NCBI GenBank assembly: GCA_012295275.1
Contig: CM022677.1
Location: 21,824,001 to 21,888,000, forward strand
Source: Chrysomallon squamiferum
Lineage: Eukaryota; Animalia; Mollusca
DNA: 64,000 nt
Reading direction: 5' to 3'
Shown: in pieces, positions 1-60,803 of the stretch
Layout: the number at the start of each line of letters is the position of its first letter
Position numbering within the stretch: the first letter of the stretch is position 1
The notes under the pieces: generated by a model
Told to the model about the DNA's origin: nothing
Seen by the model: the letters and a program-made list of their open reading frames with translations, nothing else
The model's database searches: none
Made by a program: the position numbers and the translations under genes

Positions 1-155
1 ATTTCTTCATAGAATCTGTAAGTATTTATTTATTTATGTTTTTGTTTGTTTGTTTGTTTGTTTGTTGATGATGATGTTTATTTTACCCTTCAATTTCTTG
101 GTTTTTTTCTCTGTCTTCTTCCTCTAATATTCTTTATTCTTTTCTGTTCTTCTGT

Positions 156-1067
<912 letters not shown>

Positions 1068-1072
1068 CGCAG

Positions 1073-1215
1073 ATATTCCACAGTGATTCAACAGCAACAG
1101 AAAGAAGAAAGTTTTAAACGTTTCGCTCTTCATCGTTGGTTTCCGGCATGTCCTGTTTTCGCCTGTATCTATTTTTAGGGCAATTCTTTCTGCTCGTTAT
1201 ATTTCGTGAAATAAA
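1073..1215 (+). other. Possible terminal exon of a gene starting upstream of the window
   Basis: A GTAAGT donor lies at 18, a CAG acceptor at 1070-1072 follows a microsatellite-filled interval, then unique sequence and AATAAA at 1210-1215. The frame cannot be fixed. Confidence 0.35.
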
Positions 1216-1460
1216 AATAAAATTATATCAGTTATTAGTTAAGTTTCTTTTATTTATTTATTTATTTATTTATTTTATTTAATTTTTATTTTTTTATACA
1301 TTATTTTTTTTTTTTTTTTTTTTTGTTTTTTGCGTTAATTTAAAATTATTTTTAAAACTTGTAATTATAGGCTTGGTGTTGATTAGTAAGTGTTTATATA
1401 ATTATACATGTATATGAGTGTATGTGTGTATGTGTCTATGTGTGTGGAATGTATGTGTGC

Positions 1461-1555
<95 letters not shown>

Positions 1556-2578
1556 AACAAATGATTGTACAACTGGTTCAAAACAAGAGAGAAACATACA
1601 AGTAGATTATGCATACAGACATACAAAGATGTAAACAGATCTTATTCATAAGAACGAGAAGAGCTTATGCTTGTTTTAGCTTAACAATGGTATCATTATT
1701 GTAATGATTAACAATCGCGTGTTAGGTTATCATTTAATTTTAATAGTTTATGCCAGTATTCAGGGAGTGAATGAGGCAAGTAAGAGTGAACTTGACTGCT
1801 CAGAGTAAAGCAGTTTGACGAACTGTGTTTTTCAGTTGTTAACGAAAGCATGTTTTAATCACATAGTCTAAAATGTGTAATCACTTGTATTTGTGATCCC
1901 CGAATATATATGTGCTTCTAGATTTTATTTGAATTAATCAGAATGCGCTTTTTTAGATAATATTAAATATATTAACTGTAACCGAATGACGAAATTTACG
2001 TTAATCACAATAAAATCTTAATAAACTTAATACAACCTATATACTGTTTTCCATTGTTTGTTTGGTTTTTTTGAGGGTTTTGTGGTGTTTTTGTTGTTGT
2101 TGTTGTTTTTGTTGTTGTTGTTGTTTTCTTAATCCTTTCTTTAACTATCTAATGATTAAGTTGTATCAGTTAATACTAAAAAGATAATCAAAATACAATT
2201 GTAAACTGTTAATTAACAAACGATGTCAAAGGTGTCCAGAAAAGGCGTACTAGAAACTTTTCTGACGTCATCACGCACTCATTAACTGAAAGGTGTGACC
2301 AGGTGAAAGACTGTTATGAAAATTAATGAGATAAATAACCGTGATGAACTCTGACAATCTCTGACAGAAAACTAATTAAATACAGACGATATCAGAAGTA
2401 TTTACATAGCAGGCGATTTGGAAAAATCCTGTGACAAAAACCAATGAAGAAAACAACTCGTAAATCAGATCAAATCATAAATAATAAACTACACACACAC
2501 ACACCCACACACACGCACACTGAGACAGAAAGATAGACTAAATGTACAGACAGACAGACAGATAGATAGACCTAATAA

Positions 2579-2633
<55 letters not shown>

Positions 2634-3684
2634 TAATATTTAGTTCTGATTATTTTTAAATATGTATATAATATCATCTATTAGGGTAATTTATAATTTT
2701 GATGGTTGTTTCTTTTTTAAATATATATATATATAAACAATTTGTATGTAATGTATGTAGATAATTACCCTAGTGTATATCATATATTTATTTATCTATC
2801 TATATATATATTTATATATTTAAATTATAATTTAACACATAATTATCAATAACCCTAGTATATCAAATATAATTATTTAAACGTTGTTTACAGAGTGCAG
2901 TTAAAACATTATTTATCTGTAGTTTAAGCACATTAAAAAGATAAACTGTTTTATTTTCAATGGTGAACAGCACAAGTTTGCTCTAACACAGATATAGTGT
3001 AGATACATAGACACATTTTAAAAAAAAAAGTTAAACTGTTTAATCATTTATTTTTGTCAAGAGCAATTAAATTCGTTTTGATAAATTCAAAAAAATCTAT
3101 AAAAAAAAAGATTAAATAGTGAAAATGTATCAGCGTTTTATTTTGGTTTTTTTTGTTTTTTTTTAATTTTTTTATTTTTTTTTTTTTTTTTTTTTTTTTT
3201 ACTTCCGAAAATTGTTCACACTCGCATATAATGTTTTCGATGACGTCCAGTCGTGACGTAAAAACATCATAAACAGTAATAACATGTAATAAAAATATCA
3301 TTTATATCCAACTTAAGTCATGACTGAATACTATATACTATATAGTAACAACTGTATTCTATAATTGTATTAATATTTATATCATATTTCAGTCGTAAAT
3401 TCTAGACTTGTACAGTAACAGCGACATGTTAATTCAGTTGTTATTTATATCAACGATTTATTTACATAATTTATTAAATTCAGTTATTGTACATGTCGTA
3501 TTTATAATAAATCGTAAACTGTAAATTTGTATTGTAACAGCTACACGCTAATTAAAATATTATTTATATCACAGATTTATTTACATAATTAATACACACG
3601 GTATTATATCATTAGAATGTATCAAACGTACAACATAATCACATTACGTCATTGGTAGATTGGTATTGACTTTATACTGTTAGA

Positions 3685-4017
3685 ATGGCTGGACAGGGAA
3701 GGTTTGTACTTGTAGTCGGGTTCTTTGTGGTGCTTGTCGGGTTTGTTCAAACCCAGACGAAGTTTTGTTGTACACGAGAAGATCAATTTGAAGTCGTTAA
3801 ACACGACATCGGCGGCGTGTACGTCAACAATGTAGCTCAGACACGTAGTGTATGTTGAACTCTTTGTTTTATTTTATTCGTAGGTGTTTGGTGTCGTATA
3901 GGTGGCTAAGTTTATATGCATGTATGTGTATATGTACGTTTGTACGTATGCATGTATGTATGTTATTGTATGTATCTATATATATGTGTGTGTGTGTGTG
4001 TATCTATGCCTATGTAG

Positions 4018-4056
<39 letters not shown>

Positions 4057-4212
4057 CAGCAATGGTAGTATATATATATATGTATGTATGTACAGATGTA
4101 TGTATGTTTGTATGTATATATATATTTATATATATATATGTATGTATTTATATATGTCTGTACGTATGTGTATCTGTATGAATGTTTTCATTATTACTAT
4201 AATTATTATTAT

Positions 4213-4244
<32 letters not shown>

Positions 4245-4277
4245 ATATTATTATTATTATTACTATTATTATTGTTA

Positions 4278-4333
<56 letters not shown>

Positions 4334-5457
4334 GTTATTGTTATTATTACTCAGGGAACATCTGTGTTGTCATATGATGTGAGAAATAAGAAGTCAGCTG
4401 AGATGAGAAACATTACTGTAGGAAAAGACATTTACGTCATAAAAACCATTATCAGTGACGTAAGTAATTGTTTAATTAATATTTATATATTTCAGTTAAG
4501 AAAGTAATACTAGCATGCCTGTGTGTAAGAATATACACATACTATACGTATATAAAATTAATGTGTGTTTCTAAAATATACTTATGTCTAAAATCAAATA
4601 AATTCAGAAATTAAATTATTTGTTAGTGTGTCTGCTATTTTAATTTGTTGTGCGTTGTTTATGTAATTAATTTTGTGTTGTTTTTGTTAATGTTATGTTG
4701 TGTGTGTGTTTTAGTTAATTTGTTTTATTTGTTTATTTTATATTGTGTTTTATGTTGTGCTTTTGTTTTAATTTTATGTTTTTTTGTGTGGTGTTTATGT
4801 TATGTTAATATTGTACAGTTGTATCTGTGTTAAGTTTTGTTTATATTATGTTCATGTGTTAATGTTATGTTGTGTTTATGTACTACTGTTGTGGTGTTGT
4901 GTCTATGTTAATGTTGTGTTTATTCATATTAAACAGGAAACGACGTACGTCATCGACGTTGTTCATCAAACTTGTGAAAAATTTAAATCTGGACCTTTCC
5001 AAAAACTGTGTGTACCTGGTTAGTATGTTAGTAATTAATCATTATGAACCCCTCCACAATTAACACGCACACACATATACACATTCACAGATACTCATAT
5101 ATATACACACCCAGAGACAACACTTAGAAACCATATACATACACATAAACACTGTGGTTCAAATTCCCGAATATTGTCTGTATGCAGAGTCTAATAAAAC
5201 GTACACCGAATGGAGAATATCTATATTTATATATTTTTATTTATTTATTTATTGTTTTTAAATAGACATAGCTAGAAAGACAAGCCGTTTCACATTTGGT
5301 TTAAGCCCGACTAAACTGGATCTGACTGGTTATCAAATGGCGATGAAGAGCGAGGACAAAGGGACGTCACTCCAGATTACAATACTTGTCACAGACCCGG
5401 GCTGTTTTCCGGTTACAGTTTCCTTCCATGGGAAATACAAAAACAGTACGTTACCGT

Positions 5458-5508
<51 letters not shown>

Positions 5509-6286
5509 GTAGTAGTAATAGTAGTAGTAATATTAATAGCAGTAGTAGTAGGAATAGTGGTAGCTGTAGTAGTAGTAATAGTAGTAGTAGTAGTAGTAGT
5601 AGTAATAGTAGCAGTAGTAGTAGTAGTAATAGCAGTAGTAATAGTAGTAGTAGTAGTTGTTGTTGTAGCAGTAATAGTAATAGTTGTAGTAGTAGTAGTA
5701 ATAGTAGTAGTAGTATCAGTAGTAGTAGTAGTAATAGTAGTAGTAGTAGTAGTAGTAGCAGTAGCAGTAATAGTAATTCGAGTAGTAGTAGTTTTAGTAC
5801 GATGATGATGATGATGTTTATTCATTGCAGTGCCGATAGTGGACACAAGCACGTATGTGGACATGACACTCGGAATAAAGGACCCCTCCGTATTCGATAT
5901 TCCGGCCATTTGTAACAAGGTGAACAAATTTAATGATACTGAAATTACTTTTTGCTACCTTTCTTTGTCTTGTCAGATGTGTTTTTCGGTGGTTTTATGT
6001 TACTTAATTTCGAGCGAATGTTTTATTTGCATGCAAGACATGTATGTGTATGCACACACACATGCACACACACACACAGACACATGTACACACACACAAA
6101 TGTTGTCTTGGACCTATATGGGGTATTTTAAACGTAATTATTTCAAGTACTTTCATTAAACTGACAATGATTCTAAGGAAATACTTAAAGAGCATAAAAA
6201 CAAAAATTTAAATTAACAAATATTTTTACTTTCAGCTTTTCTTTCATACAAAGAAGCGTCACATGCCCTTTACTGTTTACCCATGA
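3685..6286 (+). CDS. EPDR: Ependymin-related secreted protein, 6 coding exons, 223 aa
   Basis: Exons 3685-3849, 4355-4459, 4937-5018, 5266-5445, 5831-5919 and 6236-6286 are all GT-AG with matching phases (0,0,1,1,0) and total 672 nt. The protein has a signal peptide (MAGQGRFVLVVGFFVVLVGFVQT), N-terminal FCC, an SYD..NKK strand, TYVID..QTC, CVP, FTFG, GCFPV and the ependymin C-terminal motif MTLGIKDPSVFDIPAIC. The family call is from motif recognition and orthology was not tested. Confidence 0.9.
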
Positions 6287-6310
6287 TTCCGTGCGACGTG
6301 AGATCGTTAT

Positions 6311-6316
6311 AATAAA
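6311..6316 (+). promoter_or_regulatory. Polyadenylation signal of the EPDR gene
   Basis: AATAAA 24 nt downstream of the TGA at 6284-6286. The hexamer is common in AT-rich DNA. Confidence 0.45.
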
Positions 6317-6561
6317 TCGTGAAATATTTTTCACGTAGCGGATGCTGTGACGTAATTACAAAATGCAGCATGACGTCATTCATATGACATCGCTGACAAT
6401 ATCATGTTATATATGAAAAATGAATGTGTTAAATGTGAAATTATACGGTAAAAGTGTGTGTGTGTGCGTGTGTGTGTGTTTAGCTATAAGAAAAATAATT
6501 ACATATATATAGGTAATATTAAAACTGTTTGAAACTGTTCTTGTTGCCATAATTATTATTA

Positions 6562-6631
<70 letters not shown>

Positions 6632-7379
6632 TCACTTCATGTAAAATATTCTTTCATGTTTCCTGTAAAAGATAACTTCTGCATTTTATTAACGAAAATG
6701 TTTCTTATATTGAAACTGATTTACACTGAACACTAAACTTTCAATATTTATTTTTTTCTAATTCAGCCGTTGTCTTTATTCTGCAACAGCTTTTTTTTTC
6801 TTCTTCTTCTTCTTCTTTTTCTTTCATACTTACTTTCCATCATTTATAATTATTTTGAGGTATCCAAAAAAACGAATGAAAAATCAATAATAATAAAAGA
6901 AAGTAATAATAGTAATACGAGTTACATAAATATTTATTAATTTAATAAAATAGTCTTATTTCATCTGCTATTTCCATCTTCTACACATGGTCTGAAAGAA
7001 AGAAACAAGACACGTCATTTATTGATATTTAGAGATGTGAGTTTGTGTGTGTGTTTGTGTGTATGTCTGTGTGTGAGTATATAATATATAAGACGAAATT
7101 TAGGTAAATTTAGTCTATTGACAAATACAGGTTTTATAATAATAAGCATATACTTGTAGACAGGTGCGTTAAACAATTTTGTTTGTGTATAAGTGTATGT
7201 ACACACACACACACACACACACGCACACACACACACACATATATATATATAGACAGACAGAGAGACAGAGAGAGATAACATCTGTACATATACAAACATG
7301 TGTGTGTGTGTGTGTATATATATATATGTACCACACATATACACACACAAAGTTAATAATATATGTGTGTATATATATG

Positions 7380-7413
<34 letters not shown>

Positions 7414-7499
7414 TGTATGTATGTATGTATGTATGTATGTATGTATGTATGTATGTATGTATATGTGTATTAACTTTTGTTAATATATATATAATTACC

Positions 7500-29505
<22,006 letters not shown>

Positions 29506-29544
29506 GTCGATTGGGTGGTTTGCTAAACACACTCACTAAACTGA

Positions 29545-29610
29545 AATCCCCGACTTAAGACTTTTCTCTCTCGCAAGACAATCCGACTCTTTTCACTTAT
29601 AATCAGCGGG
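29545..29610 (-). promoter_or_regulatory. Candidate core promoter of the secreted Sushi gene
   Basis: TATA-like TATAAG on - near 29601-29596, about 90 nt upstream of the ATG at 29505, in non-repetitive CpG-containing sequence. Confidence 0.3.
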
Positions 29611-29787
29611 GAGAGAAAAAATAAAGTGCGTGTGTCCTTTCCATACCACCAGTGCCTGCAAATGAAGGAGGAACAAGGGCGATAACTGAGCGAGAGGTTT
29701 TTGTTCAGTGACAGAGCGATGACAGTCGACGTTCACACATGCGCCGAATTGCTGGATGATTGATGGACGTCATGGCTGCATGTTGCA

Positions 29788-29835
<48 letters not shown>

Positions 29836-30007
29836 CACACATACCCATACAGACATTCATACACACGGAAATACGCGGAATTAAAGGGCCGCAACCAAAC
29901 TCACTATTTATTCATATTATTATTAATATTTATTAATACGCATCATCTTGAAAGTAACACCCACAACGACAGTGTCGGCTCTCTCTCTCTCCCTCGTTTT
30001 CTGAAAA

Positions 30008-30022
30008 CTGGACCCGCCCCTG
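30008..30022 (-). mobile_element. Possible orphan terminus of a non-autonomous DNA transposon
   Basis: Reads CAGGGGCGGGTCCAG on -, resembling CAGGGGCG-type terminal inverted repeats of animal hAT/Harbinger-like MITEs. No partner end was found. Confidence 0.3.
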
Positions 30023-30804
30023 GGAAAGTCGTGAGAATTCACCTGAGCGGGATAACGTGACAAAATGTGCCGACTCTGGTCCACTGCCCGATCGTGGACC
30101 CGTTCATTTAGGTTCGTTTACCGAACGTCAAAGATGGCCGGTGTTAGGCTGCAAGGTTAGACGAATGCGCATGTCACCGCATAAATTATTTCCGTCGTAA
30201 GTGAAGTAAAATAATAATAAAAAGTAAATAAATAAAATATAAATTATAATATATCATAAAATAACTGTAATAAACAGTATTATATATAAAAATAAGTGTA
30301 CCATACTATGATTATACAAATAAATGAAAGATGTTTTTTCTTTATCAAAACTATGCATCCGTTCAAATTATTACTTTATAAATAGAAAACATATTTTTAA
30401 AAAATCAAGCCGATAGTTTGAAACAACCCGCCCACTTAGGAGAATCAAGTCGTTTATTTAATGTGGTCTTATTGTCGTAGATTTCTTGTTGAAACTTAAA
30501 TCAAATAAAAGGAATTTTGGCCTTGACCGGAACCTCAAAGCAGGTAAATCGTGATAGGTGTCAGCTTCTTTTTTTAATTTTCTTTATCTGCATTTTATCT
30601 ATTTTCTTCTTTTACATATTTATTTATTTATTTATTTATTATTTCATTCGTTTATTTATTCATTCATTCATTCATTCATTCATTTTTGTGTATTTATTTA
30701 TTCATTAAATAACTTATTTATTTATTTATTACTATCGGATATTTAATTACTTTGAATTACGTTTAAAAACTTCCCTATCACTTACAGTGTATAAATTTAA
30801 TATT

Positions 30805-30835
<31 letters not shown>

Positions 30836-31291
30836 TTCACAAATTAATACACTGGAACCTTAACTCATAACAGAAAGGAATTGGTTTGGGATGTTGTCAG
30901 CTCTTTTCATTTTTTTTTTTTTTTTTGTTTGTGTGTGCGTGGGGGGGGGGTGCTATTGTTTCAGACTATATATAGAACTCATACTGGAGTTAACAACATG
31001 TAAATAAATTATTCAAATAGCGTGTGAAGTGCATGCATGTCGCATTAAACACGCTATATCACTTATGAAGCGAAACGATGGCCGCCATATATCTTGTCAG
31101 GGCATTTCATGTGTTTTTTTAGTGCGTGCAATAAAAATGTCACGTGGACAGAGACATACATCATCGTACACGACTACGGTCTGTAGCTGTCCGTACGTTC
31201 ACACGTCTGAACAAGACAAAGTGTAAAACGTCTCCAGGTTTAATGTTTTACAAGCGTCAGCTTTCTCTTTTTTTTTAACATTCTTATCTGC

Positions 31292-31355
<64 letters not shown>

Positions 31356-31458
31356 TGTTGTTATTGTTGTCATTATCGTTATTATTGTCATCATCATTAT
31401 TATTATTATTATAGGGTATATAATGATTGAGGCTTTTATGGGAGTTCAGAAATAGTCA

Positions 31459-31561
<103 letters not shown>

Positions 31562-31653
31562 TTTGACAGTTTACATATATATAATTATATACAGAATAAG
31601 GAAAGATTATATATGAGAAGAAAAGAAAATGGTTCACGAACATAAGCCAGAAA

Positions 31654-31697
<44 letters not shown>

Positions 31698-34380
31698 ACG
31701 TTCACAAAATTAATGACTACGATTGTAACTGAATACGTAATGTTAATTTTAGTCAGTGACGTATTCTGAAAGGAATTGGATAACATAATCTCTCATTACA
31801 TTTTTTGTAATTTTTTTGCTTTTTTTTATATCGCTGATGTCAAGTTATATAGCGACGTCAGGTAAAAATAGGCATTTCTATTTTCAGAATTTATTGCACT
31901 TGTGTGAATAATTCGTGTAAGAATAAAAAAAAAATCTGAAAAAAAAAATGCTCTTAATCTTATGTTTGTTATTTGTTACCTTTCCTAGTTATTTTTATTT
32001 ATTTATTTATTTGTTTGTTTGTCTTTTTATATCGTTTATTTCAATTTTATGAACAACACTGAGCAGTATCATTAGACCCATGAAAACAAAACGTACTTAC
32101 TATAACTATAGATTTTAGCAGAAATTATTCACTCTCTCTACCTATGTTTTGTTTAATAAATGTTTCGAACTATTAATGATAAGAACAACTACCATAAGCA
32201 AATAAATAATTAAATTAAAACAGGGAAGAACACAATAAATAAATAATGAAGAAATTAAATAATGAAACAAACATATAAATAAATAAATAAATAAACAAAC
32301 AAAGGAACATGTAAAACAAGTTTACAAATAAATAAATAATGAATGAATGAATAAAATAAAGAAAGAAATAAAAATTAAATTATTTGTACCCTTAGTTATT
32401 TTTGTTCTTGTATGTTACAAATCTTTATCGGAATCGTGTTAAGAAAAAGAAATTTTTAAAAAGTTTGAAATATTTACAGATATTCTGAACAAGTGAATGC
32501 GAAGAATGTTTCTGTTCGTGTTTTGAGGTTAAAATTACTTATTATTTTCCGTAAGTTTTGTGTGAACCAGCAATTCATCTTCAACATCGCTGAAAATAGC
32601 ACCCTGTCGTCTGTTCCTATTGTTGTCACAACGTAATCATCACGTGACAATGGTTTTAACAGTGACCTATTTTTACAATTACAACTACTTCTTGGCTTGT
32701 ACAGATAGGCAGGTTATAATATTATTAATAGGTGATCAGACGTCAACATACTTATCGAAATGAATATTTTTGCGATATGATTATTTTCACATGGATTGCT
32801 AACGAATTCGTTTTTAAGTCTCATAAAATAGGATCTATTTGGCGTTGCGGATAGCGAATACGGATTTGGAATTCCCGAGTGACGTCACTGAAAGGCTTTC
32901 CTTGAAAGCATCGTCTGCATTCCAAAATGGACGCCATTTATAAAATAATAAACATATATTTTCTATTGTAGTTATCCAAGAATTGACGCCCGATATTTAG
33001 CAGAAAGTTAGCGGAATGAATGATTTATAAATTATTCTTTGAAACAGGCCATGCGGTTAGAATGTTTATTAAAATAAATGTTTATTTATTTATTTTATTT
33101 ATAACGATCAGATAGATCAGATACCTAGGCCAAACAAATCGGTTTCAAGTTTAATCTGGTGTTCCCTAAAATAAATCGTTTATTCGAATTACACAGTCAT
33201 GCACAATAATAATAACAATAACGTACAATTTATACGTAGAAACGTGGAACAGTTACAATGTACGTCTGCTACGTACCCAGCTTTTGATAGAAAAAAAAGA
33301 AAACCCACAAATGCATTCTCTTTACTAAACGAGTTTAATTTGATGTCTGAATGATTATTTTTTTGTATAAATATCTTAAGATAGAGAAGATATTTTTTAG
33401 GTAACAACAGTTCTTAAACCTTTGATAGATGTGTGTGCATGTTTGCATTTGTATACAGGTACACATGCATCACAGCATGCACACATAAATTACAGATGTA
33501 TGTGTGTGGATATGAATTTGAAGGCATTAGTCTTTGCAGGTATATCATTCATTATACAATATCTGTGGGAATGTAAGCAAGCATGCATGCACAATTGTGC
33601 ACACACAAAAATATAAAACTTACATTTGTGTGCATATACAAATCTGAAATATGCATGCATAACTGGAGAACTACATATGCATACAGACACACACATATCA
33701 AATATGCATGTATTTCTGCAAGAAAATACAAATTTGAAAGAAAATATGCACACATAACTGTGCACACATTTATAATCAACTAAATAAATGACTAACTTAA
33801 GTTTAAAATATTTGATTAAGATAAATAATAATAAAAAAAAACGTAACAAAACACACGTTCACTGTTCAATGTTTATTTTAAATAATGATTTCGAGGAACA
33901 AGAACGAAGATTATCGTTCCAGTTGACTAATTCTACATGATGTTTTCTGTGATCTATAAACAAAATGTACAATTTTTCTTCTTGTCCACAAAACAAAGCA
34001 AACAAAAATGTCTGCGAATATATGTTCAGTTATTAGATAGTCAAAATTTTTATAGAACTTTATTGCTTTCAATAAATACAGACATATTTTCCTTTCTTTT
34101 TTCTTTTTCCATCTTTTTTTCTTTTTTTCTTTTTAATGTAAACCTAAAAATTGGTTACTCTAAGCTTCATATTACTAAGTAAATTTTAGTAACGTTTTAC
34201 ATTTTTAATTTAATAAGTAGAGTAAAATTGTTGCTTCTAATTTTCATTATTTTTTTATTTTTCACTTTTTTTAAAAAAAAAAGAAAAGAAAGAAAGAAAA
34301 ATTTCAGAAAGATTATAAAAAAATAAAAAAAGGAAGAAATGAAATATATAGTCTGATTTTAGTAAAATTTATGAAAACAA

Positions 34381-58172
<23,792 letters not shown>

Positions 58173-58336
58173 TTCCGGGGTTGTTGGCCACAGCTTGACT
58201 TAACAACTACAACAGTCACATGCAAGTCACTTCTCTATACAACTGTCACAACAATCTGAAATCACATAAAAAAATAAAAATAATGATAACATAAACAGTT
58301 TAGCTTTTTTTTCTCATTTCAGAAACAAACTATATT

Positions 58337-58582
58337 AAGTAGTGACAGTGTCGAACAGTGATCATGAAGTAGTGACTGTGATCGTGAAGTAGTGACTATG
58401 ATCATGAAGTAGTGACTATGATCATGACAATGAAGTAGTGACAGTGACACTGATGTACTGATAGTGACCATGACCTATTGACAGTTACTGCGATCGTGAA
58501 GTAGTGAGTGATCATGAAGTAGTGACTGTGATGGTGATCGCGAAGTACAGTGAGTGATCATAATGAAGTAGTGACAGTGACT
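58337..58582. repeat. About 20-bp degenerate minisatellite
   Basis: Unit gatcatgaagtagtgact(g/a)t. Confidence 0.75.
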
Positions 58583-60772
58583 GTCAACAAGTTTGTGACA
58601 TTTCATTTACTAAATGTCACATTTAAAGATCTTTTCTGACATTTGTACAAGATATGACTTATCAAAGTATTAAATGAAATTGTGTTTCATGTGACTGGTG
58701 TTTCATGTGAAACTAATAGCATTGTGTTTCAGGGGATTTTGACACTTCTAGAAAAGTTTTCTCTGCATCTCCAAAATCTGGTGTCATCAAGTTCCTGTTT
58801 TGCAATAGTGGTGTTTGTTTTTAGACTTTAAGATTCCTGGATTAATAAATTAAAAAAAAAAAAATAGGACATAGTTTTCAAAGAAAAGAAAGTTGACACT
58901 TCACATTAAATACAGTCAGACACTGTGCAAGACCCTGAAATCTTGAATATGAGAAATTTGCAAAAAAAAAGAAAGATGTAAGATCATTTTAATTATTTTA
59001 AAAAGTAAACTTAAACAAGCAGGTACCTGCTTTGAACCATAGAACCACAGATGCAGAGTACAAATTGATCAGTAAAAGTGACAATATTTTCAATCTTCTG
59101 TTTAAATGTGATGATTATTGCTCATTTAGTGCAATACCAACCCATGACAATATTTCCCATCTTCTGTTACATGTAAAGGTCAGTGCTCATTCTCAGGAAA
59201 TCAAATGAAACTTCTTTTTCTGTTTAACTAATCTGATAATATCCTTTAATTAGGTAACAGGTTCTTCCTTCTTGGCAACTGCACCTGTTATTTATGTCTA
59301 TCAGGTTTACCCTAGTAATATACAGGCTGGTGATATTTTTCCACTGTGAACTGTACAGTTTGGCTGTCACTTTTAACATGGGGGTCCAGATAAATAAGCT
59401 TAATGCACTGTCCTGAAAATTAGGAGTGGGACAGGTGAAACTGCTCTAAACTGCCCTGAATTTCATATCCTACTGTGCGAAACTGCCATAAATTTTACCT
59501 CCTAGAGGACAAGAAGAGCTGTAAATTCTATTTCCTACTTGACAAAAAACTCGACCTACATTTTAATGCTAAACCAGAAATGGATACATGTTGTTTAAAA
59601 TGATTATGTTATTAAACTTGTTTATCATTCAGTGCAATTTTTAATTATTTTTTTTTATCACAAATGAAATGTGTTAAAACCGATGTAAGCATTTGACGTC
59701 TGCCTTTCTGGAGGCAATCACTTCTTGCCAAATGTAAGCTTTGATGCTAATGATCGTCTCTACGATTACTAATCACGCCTAACTCCTTTCCATATATAAT
59801 TATGTGCAAATCAAACTTTCATTATAGCAGCTTTTAAATCACAACTGTGGTTTCAGAGGCCATCAAGTGAATTAAACAATTTTCAGTTGATAATACTCGT
59901 ATATGAAACTGTCCATTAACATGCACTGCAATGAATGAAAGAAACATTTACAGCAATAAAATATTTAGTTCAATTAATTATTTTCTGAAACGCATTCGTA
60001 TTAAAAATATACACCAAAACGTTGTAAGAACGGAAGTTAAAAGTATAAAATACACACTGAATGATAAGAAATTCATACATTGATGTGCGGAATGTATAAT
60101 AATGTAATGCAACTCTGCCCGGTGGATAATGGAAATTTAAAATGATGTCACAGACCTGAATCCCTTTAAAATTTCCACTGCACATTCACATCTTCCGCGG
60201 AAATCATCCAAATGAAATTAAACTCAGATGATTCTGCAAGTCTGTAGAATTTTTTAATTAATGTCAGAATAAAACCTTGAAATAATAAATAAATAAATAA
60301 TTTCAAAATCTTGAAATAATAGATAAATAAATAATTTCTGATCACTTTCATGTTTGTTTTAATGCTAGTAAACCAAAAAACAGCCAGAGGAGTATATTAA
60401 AGTTTTTTAAATGCTGAATGTATGTTTTAACCTGCATAAATACAATTTAAAATGATTTTAGGTTTCAAGCAACTAACCTCCTGCTAAAACTGAAACTGAA
60501 ACTGAAACAGATGTAACAATGATGATAAAATGAACCTGACATTATCTCATTCTTCATGTATATTATGACATACGAATCTATATATATAGACAGATAGATA
60601 AAGATATAGATATACACACAAAATAAATAACAATAATAAATAATGTCAGCGTAGTTAAAATTTATAAAAATAAAATTAAAAAATAAAAATTAACATTTTA
60701 TTCAAATTTTTCCTGCAATTTTAGTTGATATTATCATGTTCTTTTTTGTCCAGTCTATTTATTATGTCACAA

Positions 60773-60803
<31 letters not shown>

